Assembly (NCBI GenBank): GCA_014763705.1
Contig: JACXUW010000001.1
Location: 1 to 37,413 of the forward strand
Origin: Micrococcales bacterium
GTDB lineage: Bacteria; Actinomycetota; Actinomycetes; Actinomycetales; Dermatophilaceae
Length of the DNA: 37,413 nucleotides
Direction: 5' to 3'
Numbering within the stretch: position 1 is the first letter of the stretch; every line of letters starts with the position of its first letter. This document shows positions 27,565 to 35,819 of this stretch, piece after piece. A program made the translations under genes and the position numbers. The notes under the pieces are model-generated. The model was not told where the DNA came from and ran no database searches. It was given only the letters and a program-made list of their open reading frames with translations.

Positions 27565-28749
27565 TCAGAGCCGCGCGCGCCGTCCCTCGAGGAAGCGGCG
27601 CTCGGGGTCGGTCGTCGCGAGAGCGACCGCCCGGTCGTAGGCAGCCCGCGCCGCCGCGGTGTCGCCGAGCCGGGTGAGCAGCTCGGCCCGGGTCGAGTGC
27701 AGGTACCGGTAGTCGCCGAGGTCGAGCGCGTCGACCTCGGCGAGGGCCGCGGCCGCGCCGTCGGTCTCCGCGACCGCGACGGCGCGGTTGAGCGCGACGA
27801 CGGGCGATCCGGTGACCTCGAGGAGGGTGTCGTAGAGCCGCCGCACCTGGACCCAGTCGACGACGTCCTCGGTCTGCAGCTCGGCGATGGCCGCCTGGAG
27901 GGCGTACGCCCCCCGGGCGCCCTGCGCGAGCGCCCGGCCGAGCACCGCCCGGCCCTCGGCCAGCTGTTCGGTGTCCCACCGGGCCCGGTCCTGCTCGGCC
28001 AGGGGCACGAGGACGCCGTCGACGACCCGGGCCGACCGGCGGGAGTCGTGCAGCAGCATCAGCGCGCGCAGGGCCCCGACGGTCGGCTGGTCCGGCAGCA
28101 GCTCCTGGAGCAGCCCGGCCAGCCGGATGGCCTCGGCGGACAGGTCGTCGCGGCCGTCGCCCCAGCCCTGGTTGAAGACGAGGTAGAGGACCTCGAGGAC
28201 CGCGTCGAGCCGCTCGGGCAGCCGGCCCTCGTCGGGCACCCGGAACGGGATACCGGCGTCGCGGACCTTGGTACGGGCCCGGGTCAGCCGGCGCTTCATC
28301 GTCTCCTCCCCGACGAGGAAGGCCCGGGCGATCTCGGCGGTGTCGAGGCCGCCGACCGCGCGCAGGGTCAGCGCGACCCGAGCCTCCGGGGCCAGGGCCG
28401 GGTGGCAGCACATGAAGACGAGCTCGAGGCGGTCGTCGGGGACGGTGCCCGGGCCGCCCTCGGCGGCCTCCTCCGTACCGGACGGACCGGGCTCGAGGAG
28501 GCGGACCTTCTCCTGCAGGCGCTGCCGGCGGCGCAGCCGGTCGACGGCCCGGTGCCGGGCGGTGACGACGAGCCAGGCACGCGGCTCGTCGGGGACCCCG
28601 GTCCCGGGCCACCGTTCGGCCGCGGCGGCGAAGGCGTCCTGGGCGGACTCCTCGGCGACGTCCAGGTCGCGGCAGTAGGCGACGACGGAGGCCACCACCC
28701 TGGCCCACTCGGCGCGGAACACCTCGGTGATCCGGTCCTCGGGGTCCAT
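27565..28749 (-). CDS. ECF sigma factor with TPR-like C-terminal extension (ECF42 type)
   Basis: AEESAQDAF, PRAWL, DDRLELVFMCCHPAL, YLVFNQG, YALQAAIA, SPVVALNRAVA; coupled to YCII. Confidence 0.93.
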   Translation of the reverse strand: MDPEDRITEVFRAEWARVVASVVAYCRDLDVAEESAQDAFAAAAERWPGTGVPDEPRAWLVVTARHRAVDRLRRRQRLQEKVRLLEPGPSGTEEAAEGGPGTVPDDRLELVFMCCHPALAPEARVALTLRAVGGLDTAEIARAFLVGEETMKRRLTRARTKVRDAGIPFRVPDEGRLPERLDAVLEVLYLVFNQGWGDGRDDLSAEAIRLAGLLQELLPDQPTVGALRALMLLHDSRRSARVVDGVLVPLAEQDRARWDTEQLAEGRAVLGRALAQGARGAYALQAAIAELQTEDVVDWVQVRRLYDTLLEVTGSPVVALNRAVAVAETDGAAAALAEVDALDLGDYRYLHSTRAELLTRLGDTAAARAAYDRAVALATTDPERRFLEGRRARL

Positions 28750-29078
28750 CAGCGCTCGGCGAGCGGGCGGACCTCGACCGAACCCCCGAGTGCGAGGGCC
28801 GGGATCCGGGCAGCGAGGGCGAGCGCTGCGTCGAGGTCCGGCGCCTCGACGAGGAAGAAGCCACCGAGGACCTCCTTGGTGTCGGCGAACGGCCCGTCGG
28901 TGACCACGCCCCCGGCGCGCAGCGTGGTCGCCGTCTCGGGCGGGTGCAGGCGCTCGCCACCGAGGACCATCGGGTCCTCCCGGATCGCCGCGTACTCGGC
29001 ACTGATCGCCCGACGGCGCTCCTCGTCGAAGCCGTCGTAGGACCCTTGGCGCTCGTTGATGAGGACGGCGTACCGCAC
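28749..29078 (-). CDS. YCII/DGPF family protein
   Basis: VTDGPFADTKEVLGGFFLV, SVEVRP. Confidence 0.93.
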   Translation of the reverse strand: MRYAVLINERQGSYDGFDEERRRAISAEYAAIREDPMVLGGERLHPPETATTLRAGGVVTDGPFADTKEVLGGFFLVEAPDLDAALALAARIPALALGGSVEVRPLAER

Positions 29079-29080
29079 GG

Positions 29081-29644
29081 TCAGGCTCCCTTGCGCTGGT
29101 AGGTGTGCAGCAGGACGCCGGCGCCGGCGTCACGGGTGGCGACGAGGTCGAGGTCGAGGGCCGCCTCGCCGAAGAGCCGCCGGCCCCTGCCTACCACGGT
29201 CGGGAAGACCATGAGGCGCAGCTCGTCGACGACACCCGCTGCGAGCAGCCGGTCGACGACGCCGCCGCTGCCGAGCACGACGACGTCCTGCGTGGCGACC
29301 CGGTCCCGCACGATGTCGACCGCGTCACCCTGTGCCGAGGTCGAGTTCGACCAGCGGTCGAGGTCGGGCTCCCCGCGGGAGACGACGACCTTGGCCATCC
29401 GGTTCATCCGGGTGGAGAACTCGTCGTCGCGGGTGGGAAAGAGGCCGGCGAACAGCTCCCAGGTACGGCGCCCGAGCAGCTGCACACCGGTGTCGAGGAC
29501 GGTGCCGAGGCCGAACTTGTCCCCGGAGACCGGCCCCGGCCCGTAGCGGAAGGCCCAGCCTCCCCACGGGGTGCCCCCGGAGCCGTCGGGGTCCTCCATC
29601 ACCCCGTCGACGGTGACGAACTCACAGACGATGACCTGGTGCAC
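29081..29644 (-). CDS. dihydrofolate-reductase-like RibD C-terminal domain protein
   Basis: GTG at 29644 with AAGGAG RBS; EFVTVDGVMEDP, LLGRRTWE, VDELRLMVFPTVVGRGRRLF. Confidence 0.9.
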   Translation of the reverse strand: MHQVIVCEFVTVDGVMEDPDGSGGTPWGGWAFRYGPGPVSGDKFGLGTVLDTGVQLLGRRTWELFAGLFPTRDDEFSTRMNRMAKVVVSRGEPDLDRWSNSTSAQGDAVDIVRDRVATQDVVVLGSGGVVDRLLAAGVVDELRLMVFPTVVGRGRRLFGEAALDLDLVATRDAGAGVLLHTYQRKGA

Positions 29645-29679
29645 GGCGCTCTCCTTCGGTGGCTTCCCGGTGCCGACCG

Positions 29680-29706
29680 GACGAATGAGACGGCGCACCT
29701 GGGACA
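29680..29706 (-). promoter_or_regulatory. candidate ECF42-dependent promoter
   Basis: Minus strand TGTCCC-N17-CGTC upstream of the ribD_C-YCII-sigma operon, resembling the TGTCG.../CGTC pattern I recall for ECF42 promoters. Confidence 0.5.
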
Positions 29707-29792
29707 TCCACGGAGAGTGACCCACGTCACACCGATGGAGCGCGTGCTCAGGCGCGGCGAGCGAAGCGGAGGTAGTGGGCGCCGGCGACGAG

Positions 29793-30920
29793 TCAGCCGT
29801 GAGCGCCACCGGTGACGACGAGCTCGCGCAGCCGACGCAGCGCCTCCTGCCGGGCGCCGACGAGCGCCGGGTGTTCGGTGACCTCGGGCCGTCGGACGGG
29901 CACGTGCCGGGGCATCCGCCCGAAGACCTCGCCGACCCGCTCGACGAGGGCGGGGTGCGAGCCCCAGGCCCCGCCGAGGACGACCTCCGCCGGGTCGGCG
30001 AGCGCGACGAGCGCCGCGAGGACCCCGGCGACACCCACGGCCAGCGCCTCCAGGCGCGCCCGGTCGGCGGCGTCTGTCGAGGCCGAGAGGCGCAGCACGG
30101 CGGCGGTGTCGACCGCGGTGCTGCCCGGTTCGCGCAGCCCGAGCGCCGCGAACAGGTCGGTGAAGGCGGTCGCGCGTCCGTCCGGACCGGTCGTCACGAG
30201 GTGCGCGACCTCGCCGGCCAGCCCGTGCGCGCCGCGCAGCACGCGCCCCTCGGCGACGACGGCGCAGCCGAGGCCGCGGTCGAGGTAGAGGTAGGCGACG
30301 TCGTCCGGGGCACCCGCGGCGAGCTCGGCCCGCGCGGCCCAGTTGACGTCGTTGTCGACGACCACCTCGCCGTCGACCAGCCCGGCGAGGAGGGGCACCG
30401 GGGCGAGGTCGCCGACGAGGAAGGGGGCGTCCGGCAGGTGCACGAGCGCGCCGCTCGCCCGGTCGACGGGGTCGGCGGCGCTGACGACGGCGAGCCGCAC
30501 CGTCCCGTGGGCACTCGACCGCGCCCGGACCGCCGCCTTCGGGATGGCCGCGGCCAGGACCTCGGGAGTCGTCGGTAGGGCGACCTCCGCCACCGCCTCG
30601 GCGAGGACGCGGCCGTGGACGTCGACCACCTCCGCGCGCACGCCGTCCGGACCGACGCCGACCGCGAGCGCGACCCCGGTGTCCTCGGCGAGCGCGTAGA
30701 GGGTCCCGGCCCGCCCGCGGCCGCCCGTGCGGTCGCCGGTGTCGCGCAGCGCCCCGAGCTCGAGCAGCCGGCGCACGCTCTCGCCGACGGTCGGCTTGGA
30801 CAGCCCGGTCCGGGTGGCGATCTGGGCCCGGGTCAGCTCCGGCTCGTCGACGAGCGCGCCGAGGACGTGCTGGTCGGACAACTGCCGCAGGAGGTCGAGG
30901 GACGGCTTGGCGGGCTCCAC
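29793..30920 (-). CDS. ROK family transcriptional repressor
   Basis: N-terminal HTH (LTRAQIATRTGLSKPTV, GRGR); VDNDVNWAARAE, GLAGEVAH; TAGAAT -10 box 6 nt before GTG. Confidence 0.92.
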   Translation of the reverse strand: MEPAKPSLDLLRQLSDQHVLGALVDEPELTRAQIATRTGLSKPTVGESVRRLLELGALRDTGDRTGGRGRAGTLYALAEDTGVALAVGVGPDGVRAEVVDVHGRVLAEAVAEVALPTTPEVLAAAIPKAAVRARSSAHGTVRLAVVSAADPVDRASGALVHLPDAPFLVGDLAPVPLLAGLVDGEVVVDNDVNWAARAELAAGAPDDVAYLYLDRGLGCAVVAEGRVLRGAHGLAGEVAHLVTTGPDGRATAFTDLFAALGLREPGSTAVDTAAVLRLSASTDAADRARLEALAVGVAGVLAALVALADPAEVVLGGAWGSHPALVERVGEVFGRMPRHVPVRRPEVTEHPALVGARQEALRRLRELVVTGGAHG

Positions 30921-30928
30921 GCGGGCAT

Positions 30929-31001
30929 TCTAGTAAGGACTCTTGCCTGAATGGTGCGGCACGCCTACACTCGCATCTGGTAAGGAGTCCTACCTGAATG
31001 G
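30929..31001. promoter_or_regulatory. two tandem operator boxes plus divergent promoters of ROK and ybiU
   Basis: TCTAGTAAGGACTCTTGCCTGAATGG (30929-30954) and TCTGGTAAGGAGTCCTACCTGAATGG (30976-31001), 22/26 identical; TTGCCT-N17-TACACT on +, TAGAAT on -. Confidence 0.75.
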
Positions 31002-31012
31002 AGACCGGCCCG

Positions 31013-32311
31013 ATGACCACCGCCGCCGCCCCGCGCGAGACCCTCCCCGCCCTCCCCCACTGGGAGGAGCCGCCTGCCGACCTGCGCGCCGCCACCCGCG
31101 AGGTCAAGGCGGCCATCCGGGCCCGGATCGAGGCGTCCGGACGCACGGTCGAGGAGGTCTTCGCCGTCGTGGAGGCGCGGGTCCGCGCCGCCGTCGAGGA
31201 CGTCGAGGCGACGAGGGCGCGCGGCGAGCAGGTCTGGCCGGAGGTCGACTACGCCGACCTCGAGGCCGGCACCGTGTCCGCGGACGACCTCGCGCTCCTG
31301 CGCCGGCGCGGCTGCCTCGTCGTCCGCGGCCACTTCCCCCGCGAGCAGGCGCTCGCGTGGGACGCGGACATCGTCGACTACGTCGAGGGCAACGGCTTCT
31401 TCCAGAGCTACCGGGGCCCCGGCGACGACTTCTTCGGCAGCGTCGGCTCGCGCCCGGAGATCTACCCGATCTACTGGTCGCGCGCCCAGATGGAGGCCCG
31501 CCAGAGCGACCGGATGGCGCGGGTCCAACGATTCCTCAACGGGCTGTGGACGCACGAGTCCGACGGCACGACGTGGTTCGACCCCGAGCGCGACTCGCTC
31601 TACCCGGACCGCATCCGCCGGCGTCCGCCCGGCGCCGACTCGGGCGGCCTCGGCACGCACCTCGACCCCGGCACGCTCGACCTGTGGATGACCGAGTCCT
31701 ACCAGAGTGCCTTCCGGCACCTCTTCGACGGCAGCGTCGAGGAGTACGACCCGTGGGACGCCGCCCACCGGACGGCCGGCCCGCAGTACCCGGGGACGAC
31801 GATGTGCTCGGCGTTCCGCACCTTCCAGGGCTGGACCGCCCTCTCCGACATGGACCACGACCAGGGCGTGCTGCACACGGTCCCGGTCCCCGAGGCGATG
31901 GCCTATCTGATGCTCCGCCCGCTGCTCGCCGACGTGCCGGACGACGACATGTGCGGCGTGACGACGAACCAGGTCTTCCCCGCGAGCGAGCAGTGGCACT
32001 CCCTCCTGCTGCGCGCGGTGAGCGGCATCCCGGACGTCCGTGCCGGCGACTCCGTCTGGTGGCACTGCGACATGATCCACGGCGTCGACCCGGTGACCGA
32101 CCAGCGGGGCTGGGGCAACGTCATGTACATCCCGGCCGCGCCGTGGTGCCCGCGCAACGAGGCGTACGCGGAGTCGGTCCGGGCTGCCTTCTCGGCCGGC
32201 GACAGCCCGGCGGACTTCCCCGAGGAGCACTACGAGCGCGGCTGGCCGGACCGGTTTCCGGCCGACGCGCTCAACCGCACCGGGCGCCGCGGGCTCGGCC
32301 TCGAGGACTGA
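31013..32311 (+). CDS. ybiU: YbiU/DUF1479 (Gig2-like) protein, Fe(II)/2OG oxygenase-like fold
   Basis: RRRGCLVVRG, IYPIYWSRAQMEARQ, YPDRIRRRPPG, HLD, CSAFRTFQGW, WWHCDMIH. Start could be 30998. Confidence 0.88.
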   Translation: MTTAAAPRETLPALPHWEEPPADLRAATREVKAAIRARIEASGRTVEEVFAVVEARVRAAVEDVEATRARGEQVWPEVDYADLEAGTVSADDLALLRRRGCLVVRGHFPREQALAWDADIVDYVEGNGFFQSYRGPGDDFFGSVGSRPEIYPIYWSRAQMEARQSDRMARVQRFLNGLWTHESDGTTWFDPERDSLYPDRIRRRPPGADSGGLGTHLDPGTLDLWMTESYQSAFRHLFDGSVEEYDPWDAAHRTAGPQYPGTTMCSAFRTFQGWTALSDMDHDQGVLHTVPVPEAMAYLMLRPLLADVPDDDMCGVTTNQVFPASEQWHSLLLRAVSGIPDVRAGDSVWWHCDMIHGVDPVTDQRGWGNVMYIPAAPWCPRNEAYAESVRAAFSAGDSPADFPEEHYERGWPDRFPADALNRTGRRGLGLED

Positions 32312-32374
32312 CCGGGCGGCCGACCCCGTGCAGGGCTTCCGCCCCCGCCCGGTGCGTGGCACGCTGGGCGCGCG

Positions 32375-33322
32375 ATGACCCCCGACGCACCCACCCGGAT
32401 GGACGACGCGGTCCGGAAGGTCCTGGCCGCGCTGCCCGAGGACGCCGACGAGTCCGTCCGGCAGCGTCCGGACGACCCCGACCTGCGCACGTGGAGCTAC
32501 CTCCCCGGCGACCGGCCGGGGCTCTGCCTCGAGGCGGCGGACGACGCCGTCGCGGCGGCGGTCCACGAGCTGGTCGACCTCGCCCACTCCGAGCACGGCG
32601 CGCGCCTGGTCCGCGACGCGATGGCCGTCGAGCGGCTCCGGCGGCTCGCGGCGACCGGCAAGGAGCCTGCCGGCGACCGCTACTGGTGGCGCCTCGTCGG
32701 CGAGCCCGGGTCCGCGGCCGCGTGGGGATGGCGGCTGAACGGGCACCACGTCGGCGTCCACGTCGTCGTCGACGGCGACCGGGTCACGTACAGCCCGCAC
32801 TTCGTCGGTTCCGAGCCCGCCCGGCTACCCGGCGGGCCCGGTGCCGGGCTGCGCATCCTCGGTCCGGAGGAGGACCTCGCGCGCGACCTGCTGCGCTCCC
32901 TCGACCCCGACCAGCACCGTCGGGCCGTCGCGTCCGACCTCGCGCCCGCCGACATCCTCACCGGAATGGATCCCGTCGCCGACCCGTCGGTCCTGCCGCC
33001 CGGCCTCGGGTGGGAATCCCTCGACGCCCACCAGCGCACACTCTTCGAGCGGCTCGTCGACCGCTACCTGGCCCGCCTGCCGGACGCGTACGCCCGCGCC
33101 TGCCGGGCGGAGGCCATGGCCGGGCAGGAGGCCCTCGCCTTCGGGTGGGCCGGGGGCGAGGAGGTGGGCGACCCGCACTACTACTGCGTGCGCAGCGACG
33201 CCTTCCTCATCGAGTACGACAACACCCAGGACGGCGCGAACCACGCGCACTCGGTCCTGCGGCACCTGCGCGACGACTTCGGCGGGGACGCACTGCGCAG
33301 GCACCACCGCGACCACCACTGA
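32375..33322 (+). CDS. DUF3500 domain protein
   Basis: WSYLP, WGWRLNGHHV, PHFVGSEP, FLIEYDNTQDGANHAHSVLR...DFGGD. Confidence 0.85.
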   Translation: MTPDAPTRMDDAVRKVLAALPEDADESVRQRPDDPDLRTWSYLPGDRPGLCLEAADDAVAAAVHELVDLAHSEHGARLVRDAMAVERLRRLAATGKEPAGDRYWWRLVGEPGSAAAWGWRLNGHHVGVHVVVDGDRVTYSPHFVGSEPARLPGGPGAGLRILGPEEDLARDLLRSLDPDQHRRAVASDLAPADILTGMDPVADPSVLPPGLGWESLDAHQRTLFERLVDRYLARLPDAYARACRAEAMAGQEALAFGWAGGEEVGDPHYYCVRSDAFLIEYDNTQDGANHAHSVLRHLRDDFGGDALRRHHRDHH

Positions 33323-33487
33323 CCGGCCACGACGCCCGGGCCCCGGTGGACCGTCCCCCGGCCCGCGGAGCGTCACCGCAGCAGGTGGGCGACGTTGAGA
33401 AGACCGGCAGCCAGCGGGAGGCAGGCTGACTCGCCTGGTTCGACACCCCGGCGGGAGGAGACGCTCACCTGCCGCCGGGGTTTGGCG

Positions 33488-33754
33488 CTACGCCGATCGC
33501 TCGGGGTGGCGCGGTGGGTCCGTGGGGCCGGGTCCTGGGGGCCGCTGGTGCTGGCGCACCACCTCCACGACGGCCCCGATGAACACCAGCTGGGTCAGGA
33601 CGACCGCGAAGATGACCCACCCGCGATGCGTGCTACTTGCGGATATGGCCGAACTCGCACTCATGAGAAGTGCGACTTCGATGGCCGCCAGTCCCAGAAG
33701 GCGCGTCTTGAGCGGAAACAGTGGCGTCCTCTTCGATGTACGCATATTCCTCAT
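33488..33754 (-). CDS. small two-TM hypothetical protein (lower GC)
   Basis: MRNMRTSKRTPLFPLKTRLLGLAAIEVALLM...GWVIFAVVLTQLVFIGAVVEVV; fills the gap after GH13. Confidence 0.45.
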   Translation of the reverse strand: MRNMRTSKRTPLFPLKTRLLGLAAIEVALLMSASSAISASSTHRGWVIFAVVLTQLVFIGAVVEVVRQHQRPPGPGPTDPPRHPERSA

Positions 33755-33810
33755 CCGTGTTCGCAGTGGACGACGCGCTGACCCGCTGGGACGCGCCGTG
33801 GTCCCATCCG

Positions 33811-35400
33811 TCAGTCGCGCTCGAAGATGCCGAACGAGAAGCCGGCCGCCTCGGCCCGTCCCCCGCCGAGCCGGACGCCCTCGACCTCGACCCGACGTGC
33901 CTCCTCCCAGCCCTCCGGCAGTGCGGTGGTGGCCGGTTCGCGCCGCGGGTTGACGACGACGAGGTGCGTGCCGCCGCGGACGAACGCGAACGGGTAGTCC
34001 TCGGTGAGCACCTCCAGCGACCCGTCGGGCCCTAGTGCCGGGGTGGCGTGGCGCAGGGCGAGCAGACGGCGCACGAGGTGCAGCAGCGAGCCCTCGTCGG
34101 CGCGCTGGGTCGCGACGTCCGGGCGGTCGGGCGAGGGGTCGAGGGGCAGGTAGAAGTCCGACTCCGGCGCGGTGGAGAAGCCGGCGCCGGGGCCGGGCTG
34201 CCACTGCATCGGCGTCCGCGATCCGGTGCGGTCCTGGGTGGTCTGCAGCAGGCTGCCCTCGCGGTCGGGCAGCCCCTGGAGGTAGCGCATCCCGATCTCG
34301 TCGCCGTAGTAGATCGTCGGCAGCGCCGGCCACGTGGCGACGAACGCGAAGGCCGCCCGGGCCATCGGCGCCGTGCGCGGACCGGTCACCAGGCGTGCGT
34401 AGTCGTGGTTCGAGGTCGGCAGTGCGACGTGCCCGCCGTCGACGCCGATGGCCTCGGTCGCCCGGCGCCACTCGCGGAGGAAGAGGTCGATGCCGCCGCT
34501 GCCCTCGGGGTCGAAGAAGTAGCGGCCGGTGTCGGTCCACGAGGGGTCGTAGGTGCCGATCCCGGTGTGCCACAGCGACCTCAGCCCGGGCCGTCCGAAG
34601 TGCAGGAAGAAGTCGGCGTGGAACCCGGCCGGCACCGCGACGGCGGGGTCGCCCCACTCCGAGAGCAGCGCCTTGTCGGGGTGCTCCCGGTCGAGCCAGT
34701 CCCGCATCTCGGTCCAGAGCCGGGCGGTCTCGACGTGCCCCGGGTCGTCCTTGACGAGCGAACCGGCCATGTCCACCCGGAAGCCGCTGACGCCGAGGTC
34801 GAACCAGTGCGACATCACGTCGCGCAACGCCTGCCGGTTGGCCCGCGGGCCCTCGGCGTCGACGGTGTCGCGCCACGGCTCGTCCGGGTCCGGGCGCGCG
34901 TAGCCGAAGTTGAGCGCCGGCTGGCACGGGTAGAAGTTCAGCTGGTAGTAGCCGCCGCGGCGGCCCGGCACAGGGCACCAGATGCCCGCGGGTCGGCCCA
35001 CCTTCTCGTTCCCGATGTACCGGTGGTCGGACGGGTCGTCCGCCCACGCGCGGAACCACGGGTGCTGGTCACTCGTGTGCCCGGCGACGAGGTCGAGCAG
35101 AACCCGGATGTCGCGGCTGCGGGCGGCGTCGACGAAGGCGGCGAGGTCGTCGTTGGTGCCGTAGCGCGGGGCGACGCTCAGGTAGTCGCTGACGTCGTAA
35201 CCCGCGTCGGCGAACGGCGAGGCGAACAGCGGGCTGAACCACACGGCGTCGACCCCGAGCCACGCGAGGTGGTCCAGGTGCGCGGCCGCGCCCCGCAGGT
35301 CGCCGATGCCGTCTCCGTTCGAGTCCGCGAAGCTCTGCGGGTAGATCTGGTAGAGGACGGACTTCGCCAGCCAGGCCGGCTGCGGGCGCGTGCTGGGCAT
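33811..35400 (-). CDS. GH13 alpha-amylase family glycosidase (alpha-glucosidase/TreS-like)
   Basis: YQIYPQSFADSNGDGIGD, DLVAGHTSDQHPWF, GFRVDMA, SEW, SNHD, YYGDEIGM, RTPMQW. Confidence 0.95.
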   Translation of the reverse strand: MPSTRPQPAWLAKSVLYQIYPQSFADSNGDGIGDLRGAAAHLDHLAWLGVDAVWFSPLFASPFADAGYDVSDYLSVAPRYGTNDDLAAFVDAARSRDIRVLLDLVAGHTSDQHPWFRAWADDPSDHRYIGNEKVGRPAGIWCPVPGRRGGYYQLNFYPCQPALNFGYARPDPDEPWRDTVDAEGPRANRQALRDVMSHWFDLGVSGFRVDMAGSLVKDDPGHVETARLWTEMRDWLDREHPDKALLSEWGDPAVAVPAGFHADFFLHFGRPGLRSLWHTGIGTYDPSWTDTGRYFFDPEGSGGIDLFLREWRRATEAIGVDGGHVALPTSNHDYARLVTGPRTAPMARAAFAFVATWPALPTIYYGDEIGMRYLQGLPDREGSLLQTTQDRTGSRTPMQWQPGPGAGFSTAPESDFYLPLDPSPDRPDVATQRADEGSLLHLVRRLLALRHATPALGPDGSLEVLTEDYPFAFVRGGTHLVVVNPRREPATTALPEGWEEARRVEVEGVRLGGGRAEAAGFSFGIFERD

Positions 35401-35446
35401 CCGGCCACCCTAACGAGCAGGCCAGGCGAGCGGCGGCTCACGCGGG

Positions 35447-35794
35447 TCAGCGCACGTGCCTCCGCCAGTCCGGGGGCACGGCGCCGGCCGGACCGGGCAC
35501 CGGCTGGTCGGCCGGCCGGCTGGTCGGCGGGGCGAGCACCGGTCCCTCGACGACCGCTCCGGTCCGGAAGTCCCAGAACCACTCCTCGCCCGGCTCGAAG
35601 CTCTGCATCAGCGGGTGGCCAGATGCCGCGAAGTGCCCGCTGGCGTGCTGCATCGGCGAGGAGTCGCAGCACCCGATGTGGCCGCACGCCGCGCACCGGC
35701 GCAGGTGCACCCACCACCCGCCGGCGGCCAGGCACTCGGCACATCCGGTGCCGCTCGGCGGGATGCTGGGGTCGACGGCGGTCGGTTCGGCCAT
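35447..35794 (-). CDS. stand-alone UBP-type zinc finger protein
   Basis: CAEC, HLRRCAACGHIGCCDSS, HASGH, HPLMQSFEPGEEWFW. Confidence 0.9.
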   Translation of the reverse strand: MAEPTAVDPSIPPSGTGCAECLAAGGWWVHLRRCAACGHIGCCDSSPMQHASGHFAASGHPLMQSFEPGEEWFWDFRTGAVVEGPVLAPPTSRPADQPVPGPAGAVPPDWRRHVR

Positions 35795-35819
35795 CCTCCG
35801 ACGCTACGCCGCCCCGCCC

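Noticed and set aside
25610-29002. Apparent 1130-aa Kup fusion protein
   Set aside because: The N-terminal half is an off-frame reading of the sigma and YCII genes; Kup starts at 27511 with its own -10 box.
33435-33455. tRNA-like GGTTCGAC T-loop motif
   Set aside because: No acceptor, D or anticodon arms can be built around it.
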